From IMG/VR virus record IMGVR_UViG_3300028797_006177, positions 1 to 64,000 of that record: 64,000 bases of DNA. The stretch is one strand, 5' to 3'. Positions 48,392 to 57,885 of this stretch are shown here, piece after piece. Within the stretch, counting starts at the first letter, position 1. Every line of letters starts with the position of its first letter. Below the pieces are notes generated by a model, which did not search any database, had not been told where the DNA came from, and saw only the letters and a program-made list of their open reading frames with translations. This DNA is from a virus (Duplodnaviria > Caudoviricetes). The position numbers and the translations under genes are program-made.

Positions 48392-49276
48392 ATGCCGAGC
48401 GCAACGGGACATATCACGGTACGACGCAGCGCGAAAGACGGGTGCATACTGCGTGTGAGCGAATGGGCAGTTGGTATAGAGTACCATAATGACAAAGCTC
48501 TCACGAGTGGCACCCGATACCTTGACATCGCAGTTGTAACGACTGGTCCAAACACGTTCAATGCCTACGAGTGCAAGCGGACACATACATCTTCAGCGAG
48601 TATTCCGGTCACGAACACTACCTATTGGCAACCGTTCAACAATCTGCAGCCTATCTACACGCCTCTGATTATTGCCCAGAATGCCCTTCTGAAGTTTGCA
48701 CAGACGAATCAACTGCTTGTGATGGATGCTGATGGTACCACAATAGTTGCAGGTCTTGGCGGTGGTGACTATCCATTGTGGATAGGTAATACACAGCCTA
48801 ACGGAGCAACTTTCAAGGTGTCAAAAGCAGGCAAGTTATTTGCAACAGGAGCAGAGGTAAGCGGTGTTATAACATCTGAATATACGACAATGATGCACCG
48901 AGTCGTTATTGATTCCTTTAATGGAGGTATAATATGCTCTGGGCCTACATCAATAGATCAAAATAATCCACCTTATCCAGATGTGTCAGCAGTATATGCC
49001 AAAACTGTAGAAATTGGATGGGGATATTTTAGTGGTTCAACTCCGTCAAGCGGATATAGTAGTGCTGGGAAAGTAGGTGTATATATTGCAGCACATCCGG
49101 AATTTAACATTGAAATTGGACCAGAAGAAATAACCTTAAACGGCTATCTTTGTCAATTAAGTATAACACCAAAATTTGTTACATATAGAGAACGATGGGC
49201 TGGTACACCGTCGGGACAGTGGGATGAGTCTTATGTTGCTGAATGGAAAAGTATAATTAGTGCATTTGCGGAATAA
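48392..49276 (+). CDS. Putative tail fibre component with an AT-rich C-terminal part
   Basis: YECKRTHTS..NTTYW, FKVSKAGKLFATGA. Confidence 0.6.
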   Translation: MPSATGHITVRRSAKDGCILRVSEWAVGIEYHNDKALTSGTRYLDIAVVTTGPNTFNAYECKRTHTSSASIPVTNTTYWQPFNNLQPIYTPLIIAQNALLKFAQTNQLLVMDADGTTIVAGLGGGDYPLWIGNTQPNGATFKVSKAGKLFATGAEVSGVITSEYTTMMHRVVIDSFNGGIICSGPTSIDQNNPPYPDVSAVYAKTVEIGWGYFSGSTPSSGYSSAGKVGVYIAAHPEFNIEIGPEEITLNGYLCQLSITPKFVTYRERWAGTPSGQWDESYVAEWKSIISAFAE

Positions 49277-49288
49277 AATTATCATAAT

Positions 49289-49558
49289 ATGAAAATAGAC
49301 TTTGAAAGAGTAGAGGTTTTCACAGGCATTGCAAAAAAGCAGTGCGTAGTAGAGAATATCAGAGAGCAGTTCGCAGATCTTATATATAATACGGGTATTG
49401 GAGTTGCAGCTCATGCTCTTGCGCTGAAGATATACAATTCAGACAGCGAGACAGAGTACACCGAGGAAGAATGTAACATGATTCTGAAGTTCTCTGAAAG
49501 GTGTAGCCCTAACGTCATTGACGCAATAGGCAAATTGTTGGAGCAAGCAGAAAAATAA
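49289..49558 (+). CDS. Small protein, possible tail-fibre chaperone
   Basis: FADLIY..GVAAHALALKIYNS; follows fibre genes. Confidence 0.65.
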   Translation: MKIDFERVEVFTGIAKKQCVVENIREQFADLIYNTGIGVAAHALALKIYNSDSETEYTEEECNMILKFSERCSPNVIDAIGKLLEQAEK

Positions 49559-49561
49559 CTG

Positions 49562-51562
49562 TTACATCCCGTCTGGCATGACGACGAAGCCGATGCCGCC
49601 ACGGAAGTGCTTCACGCCCATGTATAGTTCGTCGAAAGCGTCCGTTCCGTCGGTGCGGAGTTCCTCTGGTGTGGAATCCTGAGCATCTACGGATAGTTTC
49701 TCACCTCCCTTCTGCTTCTTGAACGTCGAACCGTTGTGGCCGTAGCTGAGTTTGACATCGCATTGCTCGACTGCTGCCGTCAGCGGTTCGTTGTTCTGCT
49801 GGTTGAAGGCAATGGCGGGATAGCCGAAGCCTGCAAATGCCTCGTTGATGTCCTTGTATTTCTGCATGTGGCTTGGTGCCTGCCCCATATCGACGGGATT
49901 TACTTGCCAGCCGTACTTGCGAAGTTCCTTTATCACGGTATCTTTGATGTCGTCCATTGAAATGCCGTGCAGCTTGAACTTGGCGGTGTGGGAGAAGTAG
50001 TAGTTGATGTGCTTGTTCTTCTTTTTGTGCGGGGCATAGTAGCGGTCGAAGTCGCGTATGAGGTCTTGAATCATGCCGCCGTTCTTCACGAACATCGAAT
50101 TGAGGACATTCAGTGTCTCTACGCCGCCTCGCTTATACTGCTGACCGATGACAATCCAGTTAATGAGGTTGTTGTAGTCGAGGGCTATTTCAAGGTCGAG
50201 GTCGTCGCGCAGGTCGCCGTCGAGCGAGCAGTCCTTGATGTTGGAGAGGTAGTCGAAGTCTGGGCTTTCGTACTCGGTGGGGTATGCCGTGCCGCCAACT
50301 ATCTGTTTGCCCTGCTTAATCTTGTAGGAATCGTTGATGGCTGGGCAGTCATCGTCTATGTAGGTATGTATGTCGGGGTCGAAGTTGCAGTAGAAGCCTT
50401 CGCCCGATTTCTTCGGACGCAGGTTTAGCACGGATATGCAGTAAACGAGCGCAGGCAAGTCGCGCTTCATTCTCCGCAAATAGTCTTCGCCAAGGATATC
50501 TATATTGTCAAGTGCGGATGCCCGCACAAAATAGAACGAATTACAACGCAGATCGTCGATATGCTTCCTGTATTTCTTTGCGCCTCGTATCGCCATCATC
50601 TCAAAATGTTCTTCGTGAGTAATCAGGAAGCGGTAGTCGTAGAGCAGTTCGGCATCCTCCTCGCTGATGAGCTTGTAGGACACAAGGCGCGTGATGGTGT
50701 CCTTGGAATCGACTTTGTTCTGCTTGGGTACAATCCTATATCCACCCTCGCGCAGTTCAACGGCGGCGGCCAGCGCACGGATGCGCTCCTTGGTCTCAGG
50801 CGACACCACCTGCACCCTGTGTCCGTCCTTCTTGGCCGAGCGCAGCAGTTCGTTGAAGAAGATTACGCGGTCGGCATACTGCTCCAGTTCGGTCTGTATG
50901 TCGCGGTATGTCTTGCCCTCGAACTCGCCGTGGTCAATCACTGTGTCGAGCATATCCTCTTCCCTGCCAAGCCAGTTGCCCCTGTTGACCAGCGAAGCGT
51001 CGCTGACGAAGCAGGTGCTCTTGTAGAATGGGTTCTCTTCCGAAAAGCGTTTGTCGCCCAACGGATGCACAATGCCGCTGTTGGCCGGCATCACCTCCTC
51101 GTCAATTTTCTTCTTGGGGAGAAACTTGCACTCGTCGGCATCCACATAGCAGAGCGTCATGCCGTTGGCACTACCAAACACAGAAAGGCTGAGTGCGTGC
51201 ATCAAGTGGCCGTTGGCAAACCACATGGCATTCTCGTAGGACTTCGGGCGTATGATGCACTGCTGCGTACCTTTGGGCGGCTTGCCCCAGCCGAAGTGTA
51301 CGCCTTCCTTGAAACCATAGAAACGCTCCAATGCGGCAACCACACCTGGGATAGTCCTTGAATAGAGTTGCTTCCTGCTTGCGCCAAGGAAAGCACCCGC
51401 CCCTTGCGGCAGGGATTGAGCCACTGCCCAGATGCGCGGACCGAGCACACCGTCTGTCTTACCGAAGCGTCGGGCAGCAAGGACGCGGAGGTCTCTTGCT
51501 CCAGCATAGAAGATGCGCTGCTGGACGCGGTTCATATATACATCGCGAGTGTCCTGTGCCAT
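49562..51562 (-). CDS. terL: Terminase large subunit
   Basis: ARRFGKT Walker A, YVDADE Walker B, nuclease IALDYN...TDGTDAFD. Confidence 0.9.
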   Translation of the reverse strand: MAQDTRDVYMNRVQQRIFYAGARDLRVLAARRFGKTDGVLGPRIWAVAQSLPQGAGAFLGASRKQLYSRTIPGVVAALERFYGFKEGVHFGWGKPPKGTQQCIIRPKSYENAMWFANGHLMHALSLSVFGSANGMTLCYVDADECKFLPKKKIDEEVMPANSGIVHPLGDKRFSEENPFYKSTCFVSDASLVNRGNWLGREEDMLDTVIDHGEFEGKTYRDIQTELEQYADRVIFFNELLRSAKKDGHRVQVVSPETKERIRALAAAVELREGGYRIVPKQNKVDSKDTITRLVSYKLISEEDAELLYDYRFLITHEEHFEMMAIRGAKKYRKHIDDLRCNSFYFVRASALDNIDILGEDYLRRMKRDLPALVYCISVLNLRPKKSGEGFYCNFDPDIHTYIDDDCPAINDSYKIKQGKQIVGGTAYPTEYESPDFDYLSNIKDCSLDGDLRDDLDLEIALDYNNLINWIVIGQQYKRGGVETLNVLNSMFVKNGGMIQDLIRDFDRYYAPHKKKNKHINYYFSHTAKFKLHGISMDDIKDTVIKELRKYGWQVNPVDMGQAPSHMQKYKDINEAFAGFGYPAIAFNQQNNEPLTAAVEQCDVKLSYGHNGSTFKKQKGGEKLSVDAQDSTPEELRTDGTDAFDELYMGVKHFRGGIGFVVMPDGM

Positions 51563-51567
51563 AGTGT

Positions 51568-51912
51568 CTATGATTTTTGTCTTGCAAAGATACAGGGTTC
51601 GCCTGTGGCTACCGACACGTCCATTTTGAATCCCGCCATTTTCAGGTCGTCGATATAGAGTTTCAGCGGGTCGCCGAGTCCGCAGACAGTCGCCTTGAAG
51701 AAGTCGCGGAGCCGCGACTCGTCGAACTGCTCATAGTTCGGGTCGAACTCGCCACAAGGTTTATAGTGCCGCACGAAGGCACTCACCTTTTCCTCTATCA
51801 CATAGTCGCGGAGGTGAACTTGGAAGCCATCGCCGTTTCCAGGCAGCTCCGTCTCGTCGGGCATATCTTCCCAATCCTCCCAATCGCGGTTCTTCTTTTT
51901 CTTCTTTGCCAT
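51568..51912 (-). CDS. Hypothetical protein
   Basis: Co-oriented in the terminase operon. Confidence 0.7.
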   Translation of the reverse strand: MAKKKKKNRDWEDWEDMPDETELPGNGDGFQVHLRDYVIEEKVSAFVRHYKPCGEFDPNYEQFDESRLRDFFKATVCGLGDPLKLYIDDLKMAGFKMDVSVATGEPCIFARQKS

Positions 51913-51914
51913 AC

Positions 51915-52643
51915 CTATTCCTCGTTCTCCACGAATATATCCTTTTCTTCCTCTTCGACGGGCTGCCAGATGCCGTTGATTTCCTCCATTTCCGTCATCA
52001 TTTCCTTTTCCGTCATGCCGTAGCGTTTGCGCATCTTCTCTCTTTCTTCGTCCGACATGCTTTCGCGGCCTTGCTTGACAACGCTCACGTCGCCAGTGAT
52101 GTTGATGTTGGTGTTCGGCATCTGCTCCTGCGGGTCGTCGTCCTCCTTGAAGTCGTTGTTGATTTTCGCAAGGTCTTGGTTAGCCTGCTTCACGGCCTGC
52201 CAAGTGCCTGTCTTTCGTCCGTAGTTCATCATCCACGAGATGTTGTCCTCGAACATCGCCTTGTGGATGTGCTTCTTTGATACGTTAATCCTGCCCACAA
52301 GCTGATTGATGAGATAGATATCGTTGGCGATTTCCGTTGCGCCGCGCTTCGTGACGGCACCCGTCTCAGGGTCTTTGGCGATGCCCAGCGCACGAATCAT
52401 CTCAATAGCCGACTCGTTGCCAAGCTCTGCCTGTGCGAAGAGGTTCTTGTAGTCACGCTCTGCGATGCGGGTGGCAAGTGTACGGACGGGTATGGACGGA
52501 TTTTCGGTGAAGAGCTTGTAGCACTCCAATGCAAGCCGCGCACGGAACTGACCGGGCAGCGGAATGTTCACCCGCTCCAAATCCACCTGTCCGTAGGTCC
52601 ACTTGACAACCTTGTCTATATATCCTTGCGATGGTTGGCTCAT
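51915..52643 (-). CDS. Hypothetical protein, candidate terminase small subunit
   Basis: Helical and near terL; positional inference only. Confidence 0.45.
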   Translation of the reverse strand: MSQPSQGYIDKVVKWTYGQVDLERVNIPLPGQFRARLALECYKLFTENPSIPVRTLATRIAERDYKNLFAQAELGNESAIEMIRALGIAKDPETGAVTKRGATEIANDIYLINQLVGRINVSKKHIHKAMFEDNISWMMNYGRKTGTWQAVKQANQDLAKINNDFKEDDDPQEQMPNTNINITGDVSVVKQGRESMSDEEREKMRKRYGMTEKEMMTEMEEINGIWQPVEEEEKDIFVENEE

Positions 52644-54013
52644 TGCTTCTTAGTTTTCTTGGTCGTTTGGTTGTTTGGTCGTTTAGTCGTTTGGGATGCA
52701 GGTTTCTTGCTTGCCTTCTTCTCGTCCTTTTCAGCCCGCCATGCGGCGTTGTCCTCCTTCGTCTTTTCCAGGATGGGCAGGAAGGAATCGGCGAACTCGT
52801 CGCCCTTCAGTTCCCTCAGCCGCTCGATGCGCTGTGCCATCGTCTTTACCCTCTCGTCGGAAGCGTCCTTGTCGGTGCGCTTGATGTAGCGGACGAGTTC
52901 TGCCACCTCCTTCTTCACGGCTTCCTCCTGACGCATCCGCTCGGCATATTCGGGCGAATCCTGCTCGATGATGGTCTTGATGCGCAAGTCCAGTTCGGGC
53001 GACTTCAATTTCTCGTAGTACGGACGGGTGATGTAGGTGATTTTTGCGAGGTCAACGCCCTTGAACTTCTTCTTGAAGCCCTCGGTGAACGGCTCGTCTA
53101 TGGTCAGTCGCTTGTGCAGCACAGCCAATTCTTCATCCACCGCAGCGTAGGTGCTCTCGAACTGCTCGCGAGCCTCTTCTGCCAACTGTGCGTACTTCGC
53201 TATCTCTTCCTGACTGCCGCCACGCTCTGCCAGCACCTTGGCCGTCTGTGCCGCGTCGCCGAATGCTGTGCGCTGCGCCCTCACCATGTCGATGCGGTCT
53301 TGCAGTTCCTTCGAGCAAAGCCACTTGATGCTGGAGAGGTGCAGGCGGTCGTTCTCGATGCGCTCGGTGTAGATTTCGTCCATTGAACATTGACCATTGA
53401 CCATTGAAGATTGGTTCTTGTTGTCGTTTTCGTTATCGTTATCGTTGAACAGACTTGGGTTCATCTCCCTTTCCTTCGCTTCGCGCTTGGCTCTCTCTGC
53501 TGCCAGTTCCGCATTGTTCTTCTCGCGGGGTGCTTCGTCGCTGACAATGACTTCAATCCCCATCATGCGGGCAATCATAATCTGCGTTTCCATCTCGGCA
53601 TCCTGCGGCTTCGGCACTTCCAGTCCGTGCTTCCTTGCCTCCACCTCTGCCAGCGACGGCCTTCCCCTGCGGCGCAGCGGCACGGTGGGCTTCACCAGCG
53701 CAAAGGTGCGTCCGTCGCTGCCCTTCATCGTCAGCGTCTTGCTCACCTCTGCCTTGCACCGCTCGAAGTACATCCTTAGTCGGCCTGCCCTCGCCTCGAA
53801 GTCGCCGTAGTGTAATGCCTTCTCTACGAAATCCGTGGCGAAAGGCCAAGCCCCAATCAGGTTCAAGGCTACCTTCATCTCGTCGCTGTCCTTCTGTTCC
53901 CACTGGTGCGGCTTCACCAGAGCGTCGAGCCTGTCGTTCATAAACTCCGTAAAACCCTTCATCCATTGCAACTGCTCGTCGGCAGTCATTTCCGTGTAAA
54001 GTTTCTGTGCCAT
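52640..54013 (-). CDS. Coiled-coil hypothetical protein with an AT-hook-like RRRGRP motif
   Basis: Start at 54013, downstream of the leftward promoter. Confidence 0.7.
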   Translation of the reverse strand: MAQKLYTEMTADEQLQWMKGFTEFMNDRLDALVKPHQWEQKDSDEMKVALNLIGAWPFATDFVEKALHYGDFEARAGRLRMYFERCKAEVSKTLTMKGSDGRTFALVKPTVPLRRRGRPSLAEVEARKHGLEVPKPQDAEMETQIMIARMMGIEVIVSDEAPREKNNAELAAERAKREAKEREMNPSLFNDNDNENDNKNQSSMVNGQCSMDEIYTERIENDRLHLSSIKWLCSKELQDRIDMVRAQRTAFGDAAQTAKVLAERGGSQEEIAKYAQLAEEAREQFESTYAAVDEELAVLHKRLTIDEPFTEGFKKKFKGVDLAKITYITRPYYEKLKSPELDLRIKTIIEQDSPEYAERMRQEEAVKKEVAELVRYIKRTDKDASDERVKTMAQRIERLRELKGDEFADSFLPILEKTKEDNAAWRAEKDEKKASKKPASQTTKRPNNQTTKKTKKQ

Positions 54014-54040
54014 AGTCTCTTTTTTATGTTGTTTCTGCGA

Positions 54041-54136
54041 CAAAAGTACGAACGAAAGCGAAAAGTATTCGGACATATCTTCCCTCCTCCTCTGTCGGTT
54101 ATTGTCCGCGCATCGGTTTTGCTTTTCTTACCTTTG
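54041..54136. promoter_or_regulatory. Back-to-back divergent TGTCCG-type promoters
   Basis: Minus strand TGTCCG(54075)-N21-TACTTTTG; plus strand TGTCCG(54103)-N20-TACCTTTG. Confidence 0.7.
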
Positions 54137-54182
54137 CCATTGTAACAGAAAAAAACAATAACAATTCAAACGATTATCAACA

Positions 54183-55982
54183 ATGGCAAACAAGAAAGCA
54201 CAGCATCCCAATCTGGTCACTGTACGCGGCGCCGACGCGCTCCGCCGTGAACAGGACCGCCTTGCGAAGCAGGGCTTCATTCCCGCCCCGATGCCCAATG
54301 ACTTCGGCCACAACGGAGTGGCAGGAGGCATGAAGCACGGATGGGAAGAGTATATCCACGCCCGTCTGATGTGCGAGGAGAACGGCAAGTCGGGCAAACA
54401 CTACGCAACGCTTCATCTGTCGAGCGGCGGCGAAGTACCCGTACCCGACAACCTCGGCACGAAGGGCTTGGGCTACATGGCATGGGGCATCTACAACAAC
54501 AACCCGAATGTGGTCAGCCAGATGCGCGAGATTTCTCCCTACACAGCCAGCGCACATCGCTTCAATGTCGATTTATGCGAGGGCAAAGGACCGCGACCTG
54601 TCTATGCCTACACACAGTACGTTGGCGGCAACCTCACGGAGAAGCGGGTGGCATTCAAGGACGCTGGCATCCTCTTGAAGGGATGGATTCGTGACCTGAA
54701 ACGCGAACTGGCAAAGATAGAGGAGCCAAAGCAGAAAGGAAGCGATGAATCATATAAATATCCGGATGACTATAGCTTCAATAACAAAAGCAGCGACCTT
54801 GCAGAAGACATCCGCGAACAAATCGAGGCATTGGAGAAGGACTACCAGAAGTGGAACGACACCAACACCGACATTCAGGACTTCCTTCGTCGCAACAACC
54901 TCCACCTCACCTACCTCTCGCTCGTCGAGGACATGCAGGACCAAAACATCTGCTTCCCAGAAATCACGCTCAACAAGCGCACCACTGGCGCAGACGGCAA
55001 GAACCTCCCCACGTCGATGTGGACACCTAAGATTGTAGGACTGAAATACCGCAGCGCCCACGCCTGCCGCCTTGAACGGAAAGACCAAAACGGACGCATC
55101 AATTATGTGTATATATCAAACCAATGGATTGAGCAGGGCAACCAAGCCAACATCGTCATCAAACCCGAAGACCAGAAAATCGACGCGCTCCCCGCACTCG
55201 ATCCGCAATCTCCCCTCACTGACTTGGAGAGAATTGTCAGAGAGACGCGCCGCGAGAATGGCAGCATCCGTCGCCGACCGACGCGCTTCATCCTCCCGAT
55301 AGCCTACCCATCCGCAGGCCGTCCGTACTATCCGATACCTGCTTGGCAGAGCATCTTCAGCGGCGACATCTACGAGTACCTGATGACAATGGTGAGCGAC
55401 CGCAACAAGCGCCGCCAGAACAGCAATGTCATCGGGCGCATCATCTACCTGAATCAGGAATATATGGAGCGGCTTTATTATCAGAAAAAGGCTGATAATC
55501 CAGATGACAGAAGAAAAGTATTCAATGAACTTCGCGACCAAATCAATGGCTTCCTCGAAGACCGAAATAACACGGGAAAGCCGCTCGTAGCCTACACCTT
55601 CCAGTCGAAGGCCGACGGCAAAACCTACGAGTCATGGAAAATCGTAGAAATCGAGGCCAACAACAAGCAGACAGCCGAAGCGAACCAAAAGGAGCTTGCC
55701 GAAATCAGCAGCATCGTGTTCTTCGCCTTCGGGCTGGACAGCCGCTTGGTGGGCAACAGCCCAGGCGACGTAGCCAGCAGCGGCGGCACCGACCTCCGCG
55801 AGCGATATCTGCTGAAACAGGTGCAGATGTCGCCCATGCAGCAGCTCATGCTCCTGCCGCTCTATCTCGTCAAGTATTACAACGACTACGACGAACACCT
55901 CGAATGGGAAATCCCCCGCGAAGTGCTGACAACCCTCGACAACAGCAAGACCGGCATCACAAATGCGGAACAACCCACCTAA
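54183..55982 (+). CDS. Portal protein
   Basis: 599 aa; WG..NN.PN, GRPYYPIPAW.SIF, FAFGLDSRLVG..SGGTDLRERY resemble Bacteroidales phage portals. Confidence 0.75.
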   Translation: MANKKAQHPNLVTVRGADALRREQDRLAKQGFIPAPMPNDFGHNGVAGGMKHGWEEYIHARLMCEENGKSGKHYATLHLSSGGEVPVPDNLGTKGLGYMAWGIYNNNPNVVSQMREISPYTASAHRFNVDLCEGKGPRPVYAYTQYVGGNLTEKRVAFKDAGILLKGWIRDLKRELAKIEEPKQKGSDESYKYPDDYSFNNKSSDLAEDIREQIEALEKDYQKWNDTNTDIQDFLRRNNLHLTYLSLVEDMQDQNICFPEITLNKRTTGADGKNLPTSMWTPKIVGLKYRSAHACRLERKDQNGRINYVYISNQWIEQGNQANIVIKPEDQKIDALPALDPQSPLTDLERIVRETRRENGSIRRRPTRFILPIAYPSAGRPYYPIPAWQSIFSGDIYEYLMTMVSDRNKRRQNSNVIGRIIYLNQEYMERLYYQKKADNPDDRRKVFNELRDQINGFLEDRNNTGKPLVAYTFQSKADGKTYESWKIVEIEANNKQTAEANQKELAEISSIVFFAFGLDSRLVGNSPGDVASSGGTDLRERYLLKQVQMSPMQQLMLLPLYLVKYYNDYDEHLEWEIPREVLTTLDNSKTGITNAEQPT

Positions 55983-56051
55983 ATTTACAATCTACAATTT
56001 GGGCGGTAGCAAATTTTTCACTTTTCACTATTCACTTTTCACTTAAAAGTT

Positions 56052-57203
56052 ATGCTAATAACATCCATTGAAGAGCTTCGGCTCATAGATCCCAATCACG
56101 CATTCGATAGTATCGACGGCATGATGGGCTTCATCGACAACTCCGAGCACGATTTCCTCGAAGACAAACTTGGCAGACCTCTCTACGAAGCGCTCTGCCT
56201 TTGGTACAAGGCGCATCCCGAAAACCGCTCTTCTGTTGCAGACTATCAGACGGGCTACTGGAATCGCCTGCTGCTCATGGCGCAACGCTGTGTTGGCTTC
56301 GATGCCCTTGGTAATGCGTCTGGAATGCAGGGCGTGTCGTTCAACAATTCAGGAATGAACGTCAGCATCGCCTCCGACTACCCCAAGGCCGACGAAAAGG
56401 AAAAGGAAACCTACCGCAAGACGGCTTTCACCAATGCCATGAAGTCCTGCGACATCATGCTTGCCGAACTGGAGCGGTGGGTAAGCCTCGCCGCTGCCGA
56501 ACCGGAGGCTACTTCGCAAAGCTTAGGCGCTGGCGAAACCCAGTTGGTTGATTCCGATTCCAGCGAAGGCGAAGACATCGACCCAGCAGCTGAGCTTGCC
56601 GAAATCGTCACCCTCTGGCGGCAGTCGCGCTACTACTACCTTGCAGCCTCGATGCTCATCCCGTCTGCCGTTGTCCTGCAGCAGTACCTCGACTTCTCCG
56701 AGAGTCGCGAGAAGTTCATCCGTATGCTCCCAGACCTTCGCTTCATCCAGGAGGAGGTCATTGCCGGAGCCATCGGGGAGGAATACCTCGACCACCTCGT
56801 TGATGTCAGCCTACAGCAGGCTGGCAACGCACAACCCATCACCACCAAGTCTCCATTGGAGCTGCGCATCATCCACCAGTTGCGCCGCGTCATGGTGGCA
56901 TGGCTCGGCAGCCGGACTTCCGTCCTCAAATATACAAAGGAGGAGAAGGTTGCATTCCACGACGACGGTGTGCGCAAGATGGAGGATGCCCAGAGGTTCA
57001 TCCAGCAGCACCAGAGCGACCTCCTCGAAGCCTACGCCTCCGATGCCGATACCCTCGCCGCATTCAAGGCAAGTCCGCTCTACACAGAGCCAGCAGAAGC
57101 CGCCCCCGCCCCCGCCGCTGCCAGTCCTTGTTGCCATCAGCCATCAGACATCAGCCATCAGACATCTGACCGAGCCGCCTGCTGGACACCGCCACTGCTG
57201 TGA
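56052..57203 (+). CDS. Putative head-tail connector/structural protein
   Basis: Follows the portal; duplicated E..FL...LG..LY / E..I...IG..Y helical halves. Confidence 0.55.
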   Translation: MLITSIEELRLIDPNHAFDSIDGMMGFIDNSEHDFLEDKLGRPLYEALCLWYKAHPENRSSVADYQTGYWNRLLLMAQRCVGFDALGNASGMQGVSFNNSGMNVSIASDYPKADEKEKETYRKTAFTNAMKSCDIMLAELERWVSLAAAEPEATSQSLGAGETQLVDSDSSEGEDIDPAAELAEIVTLWRQSRYYYLAASMLIPSAVVLQQYLDFSESREKFIRMLPDLRFIQEEVIAGAIGEEYLDHLVDVSLQQAGNAQPITTKSPLELRIIHQLRRVMVAWLGSRTSVLKYTKEEKVAFHDDGVRKMEDAQRFIQQHQSDLLEAYASDADTLAAFKASPLYTEPAEAAPAPAAASPCCHQPSDISHQTSDRAACWTPPLL

Positions 57204-57273
57204 AAAGTTGAAAAATTGAAACAGTGCGGTAGCAAATTCTTCATTCTTCACTCTTAATTCTTCATTTAGAAAG

Positions 57274-57885
57274 ATGTTCAGACTCGATAACCTCTTAGAG
57301 CGTTGGGCGGAACTTTACACTCCGCTCAGACACAATGCCGCATCGCGCAAGACCTTCTTTCGCATCTCGATGATAGACGCCCAGAGCTACTTCATCCGCA
57401 ACTACGCCACCCAGCCGTCGCCCTGTATGGCCTATGCCACCCACATCGACGCGGAGCTGGCGCAGCAGAACCCCAAGGCCATTTCCTACCGCCACGTCAT
57501 CTACTTCCTCGCCAAGCAGCCCGCAGGCACACTCTCCAAGACCGCCATCACCGACGAAGAGGGTGCCACCGAAGCCCGCTTCAAGACCGACGACATGGTG
57601 CAAGACCTCCTCGCCGTCCTCTGGGCGATGAAATCCGCAGTAAATGGAAAGCACCCCTCCATTATGGGAGGGGACTGGGGTGGGTCCGAGCTTGCGGCGT
57701 TCATCGCCGCCACCGCTGCCGACAAGCAGTATGCTGAAGGCTTGCGCGGCCTCCAACTTGACGGCGCACATTGGGGCACCCTGCCAACGATGTTCAACGG
57801 TTGGCAACTCTGCGGCCTCACCATCGAACAAATATCCCCCCGCCTCCTCTGCATCAACCCGGAAAGATACGTCCAAGATGATTGA
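57274..57885 (+). CDS. Putative structural/tail completion protein
   Basis: Position; contains an in-frame REP-like insert. Confidence 0.55.
   Translation: MFRLDNLLERWAELYTPLRHNAASRKTFFRISMIDAQSYFIRNYATQPSPCMAYATHIDAELAQQNPKAISYRHVIYFLAKQPAGTLSKTAITDEEGATEARFKTDDMVQDLLAVLWAMKSAVNGKHPSIMGGDWGGSELAAFIAATAADKQYAEGLRGLQLDGAHWGTLPTMFNGWQLCGLTIEQISPRLLCINPERYVQDD

Noticed and set aside
48392-49276. Second DGR target
   Set aside because: No TR-like sequence found by eye in this or the other tail genes
51585-51617. Additional TGTCCG-type promoter for terL
   Set aside because: The -7 box is present (TATCTTTG, minus strand), but the upstream hexamer is TGTCGG at shorter spacing and lies inside a gene, so it was not counted
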